In this document: piece after piece, positions 30,484 to 40,360 of the stretch
Position numbering within the stretch: the stretch's first letter is position 1
Layout of the letters: each line of letters starts with the position of its first letter
DNA from: Candidatus Poribacteria bacterium
Lineage (GTDB): Bacteria; Poribacteria; WGA-4E; PCPOR2b
NCBI GenBank assembly: GCA_965207095.1
Contig: CBDBMC010000001.1
Coordinates: forward strand, 4,625,575-4,689,574
Direction of reading: 5' to 3'
DNA: 64,000 nt
Made by a program: the position numbers and the translations under genes
The notes under the pieces: generated by a model
What the model was told of the DNA's origin: nothing
The model's database searches: none
What the model saw: only the letters and a program-made list of their open reading frames with translations

Positions 30484-30952
30484 CCTAAGTTGCTAGTTAG
30501 CCTGTATGCCGTCTTTCCACATTCGCCAACGATACACATGTCGAAAATACCCGGAGTGTTGCATAAGGTGCTAGGCTCAATGAGCCAAGAATTGACGGAT
30601 AACCCACTGGGTATTTGGGACTTGGGTGTATGGGTGATATCCACATTCTATAAACATGTCGCCCCGCTGGGGCTAAAAAACGGGGAAAGTCCTCAAACTA
30701 AAGACATTGCGCTCCGCATGAAGATTAATTTATTAATTGGGTAATTTCCGAGCGATGTCCGGTGCGGTTGGAAACCGCACCTACCGGGTCTGGGGGAAAT
30801 ATAGAATTACCCGTTTAATTTCTTAAAACCCATCTGGAGCGCAGGCATTGACCGCATCGCCGTTCTATAGACATATCGCTCCTCCGGAGCGAAAGATAGA
30901 ATCCCTCAATCTTAACGACAAACCGATGGATGCTCAACACTAGCAACTTGCG
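30484..30952 (+). mobile_element. MITE-like element, family 2, copy a (composite, 469 bp) inserted between modB and modC
   Basis: Terminal inverted repeats CCTAAGTTGCTAG ... CTAGCAACTTGCG. Internal modules include the ACATGTCGCCCCGCTGGGGCT hairpin, the GGTGCGGTTGGAAACCGCACCTACCGG hairpin, and a roughly 175-bp block (30706-30880) nearly identical to 57209-57385. Confidence 0.75.
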
Positions 30953-31003
30953 TTTTGATATGAGCGGGCCCTAAAATGCAACAGCGGATTGGGTGGAGCT
31001 ACT

Positions 31004-31669
31004 TCATCTCTTGATATACAACCGTTCCGCTACCCACAGTGTCGCAAAAGCGATTAAGGTAGACAGAAACACCAGACGATATGCACTTAGATCCTGACCA
31101 ACTTGAACAAAGTTATAGATTGCCAAAGGCAATGTCTGCGTTTTTCCCGGAATATTTCCCGCCACCATCATCGTCGCCCCGAATTCGCCGAGACTCCGAG
31201 AAAATCCCATGATTGCTCCCCCGATAATCCCACGATACGACAGGGGCAGGGTAACGGTAAAAAACACCTTCAATGGTGATGCACCGAGCGTCCTTGCGGC
31301 ATTCTCCAGTTGTGGGTTCACCGTCTCTATCGCTGTAACGACACCGCGTACCAACAGCGGAAACGACAGCACAGAGATTGCCAGCACTACTGCCAGCCAT
31401 GAAAAGACTATTTCGAGGCCGAAAAGACGGAAGAGCAGTCCACCGATTGGACCACGCTTGCTGAGGAGGATCAGAAGAAAAAAACCGCTGACAACTGGTG
31501 GCAAAACCATCGGTAGCATAACAACGGTATTGAGGAGCGATTTGCCGGGGAATGAGAACTTGGCGAGTAGCCAACCGGTTAGGAGTCCCGGCGGCAGGAT
31601 GAGAAGTAGACTCAACGAGGCAGCTTTGATAGATAGAACTAACGCGCTGATTTCCGCTGCTGTTAACAT
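31004..31669 (-). CDS. modB: Molybdate ABC transporter permease
   Basis: 221 aa. ABC permease EAA-like loop region. Position and strand are consistent with a modA-modB-modC operon. Confidence 0.85.
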   Translation of the reverse strand: MLTAAEISALVLSIKAASLSLLLILPPGLLTGWLLAKFSFPGKSLLNTVVMLPMVLPPVVSGFFLLILLSKRGPIGGLLFRLFGLEIVFSWLAVVLAISVLSFPLLVRGVVTAIETVNPQLENAARTLGASPLKVFFTVTLPLSYRGIIGGAIMGFSRSLGEFGATMMVAGNIPGKTQTLPLAIYNFVQVGQDLSAYRLVFLSTLIAFATLWVAERLYIKR

Positions 31670-32445
31670 TATTTCACCACAGAGAAACCGTGTTTTTCAA
31701 AGATTGATGCAGCTTCGGGAGCTTGTAGGTACTGCAAGAACGCTTGGGCGAAAACTTTATGTCCCGTGTTTCGGAGTACCGCTGCGGGATACACAATTGG
31801 AGAATGGCTCGAACTAGGAAACTGATAGATAATGCTGGTCTTCTTACTGATCGCTGCGTCTGTTTGATAGACAACCCCAACATCGACCTCACCAGATTCA
31901 ACATACGCCAGCGTAGCTCGAACATCTGCACTTGGAATCAGCTTCGACTGTATGGTGGTCCAGACTCCCAAGTGGGTCAAAGCCTCTCTCCCATAGATAC
32001 CAGCGGGGACTGAATTCGGTTCACCGATAGCGATACGTCGGATAGCATTTTGGGCGAGCAGCTCCACGTTAGTCATAGTAAGTGGGCTATTGATGGGCAC
32101 AACCAACACCAACCGGTTCTTTAGGATCGCTCTACGCGAGTCCTCATAAAGCAGTCCCTTCCCTTGTAACGCGTCCATATGCTTGGGACTGGCAGAAATA
32201 AACACATCGGCTGGTGCACCTTTTTCGATTTGGCGCTGTAGGGTTGAAGAACCGGCAAAATTACAATATACCTTGACATTCTGCACTGTGCCAAAACGTT
32301 GGCTGACCTCTGTGAGCGCGTCTGTCAAGCTCGTCGCGCCAAAGATGACCAACTCCTCGCTTGAGCATCCGATGAACAGACATGCAAAACTCAGAAGAAT
32401 AAGAAGACATGGTTTCATCAATTGCAGGTAACCTAGAGATAGCAA
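31669..32445 (-). CDS. modA: Molybdate-binding periplasmic protein (lipoprotein-type signal)
   Basis: 258 aa. Lipobox LFIGC. ModA-family motifs FGATSLTDAL and ADVFISAS. The true start is possibly the internal Met (MKPCLLIL) at 32418. Confidence 0.8.
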   Translation of the reverse strand: MLSLGYLQLMKPCLLILLSFACLFIGCSSEELVIFGATSLTDALTEVSQRFGTVQNVKVYCNFAGSSTLQRQIEKGAPADVFISASPKHMDALQGKGLLYEDSRRAILKNRLVLVVPINSPLTMTNVELLAQNAIRRIAIGEPNSVPAGIYGREALTHLGVWTTIQSKLIPSADVRATLAYVESGEVDVGVVYQTDAAISKKTSIIYQFPSSSHSPIVYPAAVLRNTGHKVFAQAFLQYLQAPEAASIFEKHGFSVVK

Positions 32446-32746
32446 AATTTACGAAGATTAAGTTTGCTAAACGACGACAGGAATTTTCTCGATTTGTTGT
32501 GTATTAATCTAACACAAGTTGCTAGGGCGTGTTGACATTTGTAAAGCTATTTGCAATCGTAGGGACGAGGTTACCTCGCCCATTGAACAATACAGGTGAG
32601 CCATCCCAAACCGTACAGGTTGAATTGGTTGTAGATTGTCCGGATTCATCGGGATGCTCCCCGATAGATCGGGACAGGCGGAACGGCATAGGTCGAGATT
32701 CACATCTCGACGCTGAAACGTCGATTTTGGAAAATCGACCTACAGC

Positions 32747-32872
32747 AAGCCCGAAATCGGCTCTGACGTGTGAACAAAGGGTTGGGAGACCCAACCCCTA
32801 CGGAGAATCATGCGTCTGCACACCCTCTTGATTGTCTGGTTACAATGAGATGTCAACAGAGCCTAGTTAGCC
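32747..32872 (+). repeat. Conserved roughly 125-bp intergenic block, paralogous to 42555-42680
   Basis: AAGCCCGAAATCGGCTCTGACGTGTGAACAAAGGGTTGGGAGACCCAACCCCTACGG ... CCTAGTTAG, containing the hairpin GGTTGGGAGACCCAACC. The same hairpin also occurs at 29126-29148. Confidence 0.65.
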
Positions 32873-33250
32873 CGTAGGTCGCCTTTCCTCATTCGCCACT
32901 AATTAGACTAACTAAAGTAACGATACACATGTCGAAAATACCCGGAATGTTGCATAAGGTGCTAGGCTCAATGAGCCAAGAATTGACGGATAACCCACTG
33001 GGTATTTGGGGCTTGGGTGTATGGGTGCTAGCCACATTCTATAAACGTGTCGCCCCGTTGGGGCTAAAAAATGTGAACAAGTTCTCAAGCTATACACGTA
33101 GCACTCCTCTGGAGCGCAGGGATTGACCTCATCGCCGTTCTATAGACATATCGCTCCGCCCCGATGAATCGGGATTCAAAACTGGAGCGAAAGGGAGATT
33201 CCTCAATCTTAACGAAAGACCGATGAATTTTCAACACTAGCAGCTTACGC
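32862..33250 (+). mobile_element. MITE-like element, family 2, copy b (389 bp)
   Basis: Termini CCTAGTTAGCC ... CACTAGCAGCTTACGC. Its internal content parallels copy a, including the small spurious ORF 32929-33126. Confidence 0.7.
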
Positions 33251-33650
33251 TAATCTAGTGAATATCGTTGGGTTTCACTGTATCTGTCTATCCGTACACG
33301 TTGAAAAAAGTCATAATGTATTTATGTGAGAAATATAGATCCGCCTTCAACCGTTTAACCCAACGTACGTGTTATACATGTTGCTCCTCATGAACATTAA
33401 AAAAACAGTTCGGCAATTTGCTATTGGCACCAGCGCGGTTGGAAACCGCGCCTACCGTGTGTTTCAAGGAAAATCGAGATTGCCGATTTAAATACTTAAA
33501 CTTCATCTGGAGCGAAAAGTTCTCGGACCACATATTGAAGTAGGACGACAGGCTTTATACAACTTCGCTTTTTGTATTGCTTAACTTGCAATATTATGCT
33601 ATCTTGCTTGAAATGACCGCCATAACTGAAAGCTCTACGGAGGACTTGAC

Positions 33651-34442
33651 ATGACCAACCCAAACAGAAATAGCACTCCGATCTCAGAAGCAGAAATTGA
33701 GCAATATCATCGTGACGGCTACCTGCTCGTTTCTGGGTTGATTCCTGAGGACATCGCTGCAAAAGCGGAGGCTGCGATGTGGCGATGCGTGGGAATTGAT
33801 TCCGATCATCCACCGTCGTCTTGGGAGGAGGTCCAAGGAGGGATCTGCTTATACAACAGCGGGGATCTGGTCGATTGCTTCACCCCGGAATGCCTTGCCG
33901 CTGCGGCGCAATTGACCGGTGAGGATCCAGCTACATTTAGCAAGCTGCATCGGCATCCGAAAACCTATTGTGCACCGGACTTCCTCGCAGCGCAGGAAGC
34001 AAAGGCAGATGTTTCCAAGTTCTTCAGATGGGACTGTGCTTACACCATCAATATCTATCCAACCTTGGATGAGTGGGAGAGTCCAACGATTACGACGGGC
34101 GGACACCTAGACCACTCCCTTGAGGAACACTATCACAAGACGTTCCCACCGGTCTTTCGCATCGGTGCGCTGATTTACCTGAACGACATTGGGCAGAATG
34201 GCGGTGGAACGTTTGTCTGGCCCGGATCTCATCACGCGTTAGAGCGTGAGGCTCGAAAAAATCCAACTCGTTACGAGTACCGAACCGTGCTGAACGCAGA
34301 CCTTCCCGATCTCGATCTCGGTGATCCTGTTGGCATGCCCCTTCATCGCGGCGATATACTATTCTTGCACAATCTGTGCATCCATTCGGGGAGTAAGAAT
34401 GTGAGCAATCAACCGCGATTTGCGCTGAATATGAAATGGTAG
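33651..34442 (+). CDS. Phytanoyl-CoA dioxygenase (PhyH) family protein
   Basis: 263 aa. Motif QYHRDGYLLVSGLI, and a metal-binding His in HNLCIHSGSKN near the C-terminus. This is the second PhyH paralog in the window. Confidence 0.7.
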   Translation: MTNPNRNSTPISEAEIEQYHRDGYLLVSGLIPEDIAAKAEAAMWRCVGIDSDHPPSSWEEVQGGICLYNSGDLVDCFTPECLAAAAQLTGEDPATFSKLHRHPKTYCAPDFLAAQEAKADVSKFFRWDCAYTINIYPTLDEWESPTITTGGHLDHSLEEHYHKTFPPVFRIGALIYLNDIGQNGGGTFVWPGSHHALEREARKNPTRYEYRTVLNADLPDLDLGDPVGMPLHRGDILFLHNLCIHSGSKNVSNQPRFALNMKW

Positions 34443-34482
34443 CGCAGCTCTTCAGGACTGACGGTGCAAGGGGCTTGCGGAA

Positions 34483-35673
34483 TTACCCCTCCTCTTGGTA
34501 AAACTTCATCAGGATTTCCGCAACTTCAGGGCGCGCAAACTCCGGCGGCAACATCTCGCCCGCTGCTAACATATCCCTGACCTTAGTTCCCGACAGGAAT
34601 AGATAATCTTCCGGTCCGTGCGGACAGTCACGTAGCATCACAATCTTACCGCACCGGTGAGACCAAACAGTATGATCCCCTCGAAAGATTTCGATTTCGA
34701 GTGCACCTTCAGGGATCTCATCAAAAATCGTCTGCGCATCAAATGGACCGTAGTAATCCCCGACCCCCGCGTGATCACGACCAACAATCAGATGTGTGGA
34801 TCCACAATTCTGACGGAACACTGCGTGCAACACAGCCTCGCGTGGACCGGCGTAGAGCATATCAAAGCCGTAACCGGTAATTGAAACGGTATTTTCAGGG
34901 AAATACAACTCGACCATTTTGCGGATGGAGGCGTCGCGGACATCGGCAGGGATATCTCCCGGCTTCAGCTTGCCAAGCAGCATGTGAATCAGAATTCCAT
35001 CAGCACCAACCTCATTTTGTGCAATTTTGCATAACTCCTCATGTGCACGGTGCATCGGGTTCCGTGTCTGAAAGGCAACAACCGTATTCCACCCCCGCTC
35101 CTCAATATCCTCTCGGATCTCAGAGGCGGTGCGGAAGGTGTCAGGGAAATCAGATCTGAAATAGGAATAGTTGAGAACCTGGATAGAGCCAGAAATCACC
35201 TGATCTCCCATCTCAGTAAAGGCTTCCACACCGGGGTGCGCCGGATCCGTCGTCCGAAAAATCTGTTCAATCAGGTACGTTCTCTGGTCATCAGAGATCT
35301 CTTCAATCCCTGATACCTCCATGACAGCGATAGGCGGCTGCCCGTCTACATTTGGATCGAGCAACGCAATTCGATTAGCGTTTTTAATGGTATCGGTAAC
35401 CTGTTCTGATTTGACAATATTCATGACTGGGACGGGCCAGAACAGACCGTTCGGCAGCGTCATATTTTGAGCGACACCCATCGCTTCGGCGAGGTTCATA
35501 TAACCAGTGAGTGGATTAAAATAGCCCGAACCGAGCATGACCGCAGATCCAGCAGCGCCCGAAGAAATTAGAATAGCAGGTAAGTTCTCAGCCTCTTTAA
35601 TCAACGCTGCACGCTCGGCATCGTCGGCAACGTAAAGTGGATTCAAAGTATCAGAACCGTGTGGTTTAATCAT
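34483..35673 (-). CDS. sat: Sulfate adenylyltransferase (ATP sulfurylase)
   Basis: 396 aa. Hallmark motifs QTRNPMHRAHEEL and GRDHAG. No fused APS kinase domain. Confidence 0.9.
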   Translation of the reverse strand: MIKPHGSDTLNPLYVADDAERAALIKEAENLPAILISSGAAGSAVMLGSGYFNPLTGYMNLAEAMGVAQNMTLPNGLFWPVPVMNIVKSEQVTDTIKNANRIALLDPNVDGQPPIAVMEVSGIEEISDDQRTYLIEQIFRTTDPAHPGVEAFTEMGDQVISGSIQVLNYSYFRSDFPDTFRTASEIREDIEERGWNTVVAFQTRNPMHRAHEELCKIAQNEVGADGILIHMLLGKLKPGDIPADVRDASIRKMVELYFPENTVSITGYGFDMLYAGPREAVLHAVFRQNCGSTHLIVGRDHAGVGDYYGPFDAQTIFDEIPEGALEIEIFRGDHTVWSHRCGKIVMLRDCPHGPEDYLFLSGTKVRDMLAAGEMLPPEFARPEVAEILMKFYQEEG

Positions 35674-36047
35674 TCAGTGCTCCTTTTATAGGCAATAGAA
35701 TGTTTCAGTTGTTATTTTATTTACTTCAAGAGATTTTAGGGGTACTCTCTTGATAATAATAATAGCGAATTTATGCTGTATTGTCAATCGGTTTCTGGAC
35801 TTCATTTGGTCTAACGCGCTATGAGTTAATGTTTGACCGTTCCTCAACTCAATTGTCATGCTCCATCTCCGTTGCCTTTCTTGAACAAAGATCTCAAATA
35901 TTGACCAGTAAAGCCACATCAAGCTAAACGTATGAAAAAAGAAAACAGGTATTTTTTTTCTACACTTTGCCCTTGATACTTAACACCTGTTATGGTAAAA
36001 TAAAATTTGTTACTTCATTATTGAGGGCGCTGTGATCTATAGTAATC

Positions 36048-36324
36048 CAAGTTGCTAGTTAGTCTATAGTCCGAGTTTCCATACTCGACACTCAGTTAGA
36101 AATAACCAGAGTGATACACATGTCGCCCCGCTGGGGCTTGGAGTTGTAGGAATGTGCTTTTCTATATACATGTCGCCCCGCTGGGGCTAAAAAACGGGGC
36201 AAGTTCTGGAGCTATACACATAACACTCCTCCCCGATAAGAGCGGGATTCAAAACTGGAGCGACAGGTTGGACAAATCAACTATAACAACCAACCAATAG
36301 ATTTTCAACGACTAGCAACTTACG
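36048..36324 (+). mobile_element. MITE-like element, family 2, copy c (277 bp) with 10-bp target-site duplication
   Basis: Termini CAAGTTGCTAGTT ... ACTAGCAACTTACG, flanked by the direct repeats TATAGTAATC (36038-36047) and TATAGTAATC (36326-36335). Contains two ACATGTCGCCCCGCTGGGGCT hairpins. Confidence 0.75.
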
Positions 36325-36390
36325 TTATAGTAATCTAAGCGATTGAATTATAGTCATGAAACAGTATATCACCAGAAAAGGAAATAACGC

Positions 36391-38124
36391 ATGGCAACTC
36401 AAGAAGCACAATGGACAAAATTGGCGGATTTGAGCGACGTTCCTGTTGGAGAAGCCAAGGCAGTGCAGATAGGGGAAGGACGGAGCATCGCGCTGTTCCA
36501 CGTTGACGGTAAACTCTATGCAACCGATAATCAATGCCCCCACATGGGATATCCGCTGACCCGGGGCCGTGTTCGGCACGGAATCCTTACGTGCGATTGG
36601 CACGAGCGGAGTTTCGACCTTGACGGCGGCGGTTGCTTTAATGTCGAGTGCGATGACCTACAGACCTTCCCCGCCGAAGTACGAGACGGCGAAATCTGGG
36701 TGCAGCTCGGTGATTGGACCTACAAACGGAAGGCGGAGCATCTCAGTCTGCTCTGGGAGGGACTTCTAAGTGGAGATCGCTGGACGATGTCCAAGGCGAT
36801 TGCCCTACTCCTCAAAGGAGGCGTAGCGGAAGTAGAGATTGTGGAGTTGATCCTACAACATCTTGGCAGACACATTGCTAGCTCGCACGGATCGGAAGCC
36901 GGTTGGGATATTGCTCGACTGATGAATGGACTTGCCGTAGGACGACGCTACAAAGACGCAGATCGCCTGATAGCGATGACGACTGCGGCAAGTGCGTCCT
37001 CCGGTGGCGCCGCAGAACGTCTCGAGGTTGTGCCGTTACCGGAGCCGGTGGCTTGGGAGAATATCGAGCCGTGGGTGCGCAGCTTTTCACGCGATGGACA
37101 TTCTGGACGGATCGAACGTTGTCTGTTCACCGCCTATACACTCGGCGATGCTGATAAAATTCTGCCGCTGCTGTTTGAATGTACAGTTGAGCCACATTTT
37201 CTTGGCTTCTCGGACAACCTTATTTCGCTTGGTTATCTCTCCGAAGCGGTTGACGAGTTCGGCTGGAAGAAAGCCTATGAGCTGGTCTTCAATCTCGGCT
37301 CTATGCTGGTCGGTCGTGGGCGTGGTGAACCTCAGCGGTTCCGTCGAGACGCGATCGGGATCATGAGAGAAAAACTCGGTGAATTGGAGGGGGCAGAAAA
37401 AACATCAGGTAATTATGACGAAGAGGCATTCGTGAACGCACTGTCAAGCGTAGATATTCAAAGGTCGTTCGACGCTGTCGGGGGTGCTCTGAAAGGTGGC
37501 GTTCCAATGGACGCACTCATTTCAACGTTGGTAATACTCGCCGCTGACCGGATGGCACGCACACCGGTCAACGTGGACGCCGGTTGGGAGTGCTTGACAA
37601 CGGAACTTAACCTCGCTGCTTCACTTCGCACGGTGCAACGCATCGCTGGTGATGATGCTGCGGCGAAAGGCATCTTCCACTCAGCGTGGCTTACTTTCGA
37701 TAACCGTTGGCTCAACATTCCGTCACGCACACTGACTGCACCACCGGTAGAGGAGGGATTCAACGCCTGCGACGAGGAGGAAGGCATTCAGCAGATAACT
37801 AACGCTATCGAAACTCTCAACGTGCAGGCAATCGGTGGACAGGTGCTGGGGTATCTCAATGCTGGATATTCTAGTGAAACCTTGCTCCATGCGCTCGGAA
37901 GAGCCATCCTTTGGGATGATACGGGCATGGAAATACTCCCCACACTCCGCACGGTTCTCGACGAATGGAACAATTGCGCGGGACATCCTGCTCGCGACCA
38001 ACTTATCGTTGCACTTGCGCGCTACGCCACCGATATCCGCACGAACAAGGACAGTGAATCCGCCACAACCACGGCGATGCGCTTTGCGGAAGGCAGGACC
38101 ACGGTCGAGATCTTTGACGATTAA
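36391..38124 (+). CDS. Rieske [2Fe-2S] domain fusion protein, paralog 1 (N-terminal Rieske plus roughly 470-aa uncharacterised domain)
   Basis: 577 aa. Rieske motif CPHMGYPL...x17...CDWH in the first 100 aa. The remaining sequence is unrecognised but conserved with paralog 2 (for example LGADRMARTP and WLNIxxxxLxAP). Confidence 0.8.
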   Translation: MATQEAQWTKLADLSDVPVGEAKAVQIGEGRSIALFHVDGKLYATDNQCPHMGYPLTRGRVRHGILTCDWHERSFDLDGGGCFNVECDDLQTFPAEVRDGEIWVQLGDWTYKRKAEHLSLLWEGLLSGDRWTMSKAIALLLKGGVAEVEIVELILQHLGRHIASSHGSEAGWDIARLMNGLAVGRRYKDADRLIAMTTAASASSGGAAERLEVVPLPEPVAWENIEPWVRSFSRDGHSGRIERCLFTAYTLGDADKILPLLFECTVEPHFLGFSDNLISLGYLSEAVDEFGWKKAYELVFNLGSMLVGRGRGEPQRFRRDAIGIMREKLGELEGAEKTSGNYDEEAFVNALSSVDIQRSFDAVGGALKGGVPMDALISTLVILAADRMARTPVNVDAGWECLTTELNLAASLRTVQRIAGDDAAAKGIFHSAWLTFDNRWLNIPSRTLTAPPVEEGFNACDEEEGIQQITNAIETLNVQAIGGQVLGYLNAGYSSETLLHALGRAILWDDTGMEILPTLRTVLDEWNNCAGHPARDQLIVALARYATDIRTNKDSESATTTAMRFAEGRTTVEIFDD

Positions 38125-38223
38125 CCAGCTTCCTAATACAGATCCCTAGTTGGGATTAAGCGTTCAAACCGTTATAGCATTGATTCAGACAGATATCAAA
38201 CAGAATAACAATGGAGGTTTATC

Positions 38224-39972
38224 ATGTTAAGCACATCATCTAACTTCGTCAAAGTCGCAACACTGGACGAACTCGCGGAAGGGAAGCCGAGAGCTATTAA
38301 GGCTGAGGGGCAGAGCATCGCCCTGTTTAAGCACAACGGAGATATTTATGCCACTGATAATCAATGTCCCCACATGGGTTATCCACTAACGAGAGGTCGC
38401 GTCCGAGGCGGTGTTCTCACGTGTGACTGGCACGGATGGAGCTACGACATGCGGGGTGGTGGCTGTTTTACCGGCGGTTGCGATGATCTAGCGACGTTCC
38501 CGGTCGAAATTCGTGAGAACGACATCTATATTGATATTGCTGGTGGTGGCAACAAGCGGGATGATGCCCACTTCCTTCTGCTCCAAGAAGGACTGCTATT
38601 TGGAGACAATTGGACACTGTCGAAAGCTGTCGCAATTATACTCGCCAGGGGCGTTTCCGAAAGTGATGTCCTGAATCGATTGGTGCGGCACGCAGGTCGA
38701 CATTTTGTGACCGAGCTTGACGCGAGAGAGGGCGGATGGCAACTGGCTAATCTGGTAAACGGCGTGAAGGTTGCCAGCCAATATGAACCGGAGGATCGAC
38801 TTATCCCACTCATGATGGCAGCATCAGGCGCATCGGGACGGGCAGGTGACCGACCGGCTGTTGCCCCCTTGCCCGGCGATATTACATGGGAGAAATTAGA
38901 GCGATGGATTCGCGTGTTCTCGGCAGACCGAGAATGGGAAGGTATAGAAAAATGCCTCATCACCGCCCGACGGCTCGGAGAGCATGACGATAAAATTATC
39001 CCGTTAGCTTATGAATGTATTGTTGAGCCGTTCTTCTTGGGACATGGTGATAGCTTGCTCCATATCGGGTATCTCGCAGAGTTGCTTGAACAGTTCGGTT
39101 GGGAGGTGTCCGAAGAACTGGTGTGTGGTCTCACTGCGAAGATACTTGGTCGGGGGCGTGGTGCGCCGGACGAAATCCGGCGCGAGGCGATCGGGAAGCT
39201 GGAGTCGCTGGAGGATTTTGTAGCAGATATAGCTGCGAATCCACCCAATCAATCATCTGATTTTAACGAGGATGCATTTGCAGCCGGGTTGGTAAGCGGC
39301 GATCTCGACGACACCTTTGATACAATCACCGATGCACTAAAGAGCGGTGTTGGAGTAAATCGAATCGTTCAAACAATGGTGCTTCTGGGTGCAGACCGGA
39401 TGGCACGCACACCCGCGAGCATGAGTCCAGGCTGGTGGGAGTTGGGTCAGGAAATCACTCTTGCCTCGTCCGTTCGCACAGCGTTACGATTTGGTGGTTT
39501 TCAGGTTGCCGCCAAGGCGCTCTACCATGTAGCGTGGGAATTCTTCAGCAACCGGTGGCTTAACATTCGGCAAATGCCCCTAAGCGCGCCGAGAAGCACG
39601 ACCCCTTCGGCTGCACCAGACGAAAAAGCGGGGATTGCGGATGTCATCAACACTATTGAAACGGTGCAGATCCAGGAGGTCGGGCGGATAACGCGACAAT
39701 ACCTAAACAGCGACTTCTCCGGCGACCGGTTACTGTCCGAATTAGGGCAGTGCATCCTCAGGGATGATAACGGTTGGGGTATCCTCAATACTTTACGGGC
39801 AGCTTTTGACGAATGGAAACTGTGCGAAGACCATCCGGGTCGGAATCAGTTGCTTGTTGGACTGGCGCGTTGGACGACCGACGAACGCAAAAACAGCAAC
39901 AGCGATTCTGCCGCAAAGACAGCGCTACGATTCGCGAAAGGTGAGACAGCGGTTGACCTGTATGAACAGTAG
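38224..39972 (+). CDS. Rieske [2Fe-2S] domain fusion protein, paralog 2
   Basis: 582 aa. Same architecture (CPHMGYPL...CDWH plus the long C-terminal domain). Good GGAGG RBS. Collinear with paralog 1 over its full length. Confidence 0.8.
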   Translation: MLSTSSNFVKVATLDELAEGKPRAIKAEGQSIALFKHNGDIYATDNQCPHMGYPLTRGRVRGGVLTCDWHGWSYDMRGGGCFTGGCDDLATFPVEIRENDIYIDIAGGGNKRDDAHFLLLQEGLLFGDNWTLSKAVAIILARGVSESDVLNRLVRHAGRHFVTELDAREGGWQLANLVNGVKVASQYEPEDRLIPLMMAASGASGRAGDRPAVAPLPGDITWEKLERWIRVFSADREWEGIEKCLITARRLGEHDDKIIPLAYECIVEPFFLGHGDSLLHIGYLAELLEQFGWEVSEELVCGLTAKILGRGRGAPDEIRREAIGKLESLEDFVADIAANPPNQSSDFNEDAFAAGLVSGDLDDTFDTITDALKSGVGVNRIVQTMVLLGADRMARTPASMSPGWWELGQEITLASSVRTALRFGGFQVAAKALYHVAWEFFSNRWLNIRQMPLSAPRSTTPSAAPDEKAGIADVINTIETVQIQEVGRITRQYLNSDFSGDRLLSELGQCILRDDNGWGILNTLRAAFDEWKLCEDHPGRNQLLVGLARWTTDERKNSNSDSAAKTALRFAKGETAVDLYEQ

Positions 39973-40360
39973 AGATACTGGTTTGAGATGCGCTGCTCCT
40001 ACCCGAACGGTGCATTTCAAACCGATAACAAAACTTACATGCTACCTCGTGGTGGCCGTTTTATTGCTGAGTCCCGTGTCAAGTGCCCATAGCATTAGTG
40101 TGAAAACACAGGGTAAACTGGCACTTGCAGTAATTTTAGGTGGCGTCGCGATTTTGACGAAATATCTGGTTGAACGCGATCAACAGGCTGCGGAGAACCT
40201 CCATGTCGAACTCGGTCCCCCAGAACGCATCACTAAGTTTGAGCGTGGTTTTGATCGGTGGCGAATCGAATGGTATGGCAATCGAAGGTATGTATTCCGA
40301 AACAATATCCTGCAGAAAGAGACCGACACAGAGTCGGCTTCGACCTCCGACACATTTTGA
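39968..40360 (+). CDS. Hypothetical small secreted protein
   Basis: Frame open from 39764. The first ATG is at 39968 (MNSRDTGLR...), followed by a hydrophobic signal-like segment KLTCYLVVAVLLLSPVSSAHS. Weak start context. Confidence 0.3.
   Translation, partial: SRDTGLRCAAPTRTVHFKPITKLTCYLVVAVLLLSPVSSAHSISVKTQGKLALAVILGGVAILTKYLVERDQQAAENLHVELGPPERITKFERGFDRWRIEWYGNRRYVFRNNILQKETDTESASTSDTF

Noticed and set aside
30490-30744. Conserved small ORFs inside MITE copies (84 aa here, 65 aa at 32929-33126), sharing MSKIPGVLHKVLGSMSQELTDNPLGIWDLGVWV
   Set aside because: The amino-acid conservation simply reflects near-identical nucleotide sequence between element copies. Other copies interrupt the frame, and the frame runs through the hairpin modules. 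Treated as non-coding.
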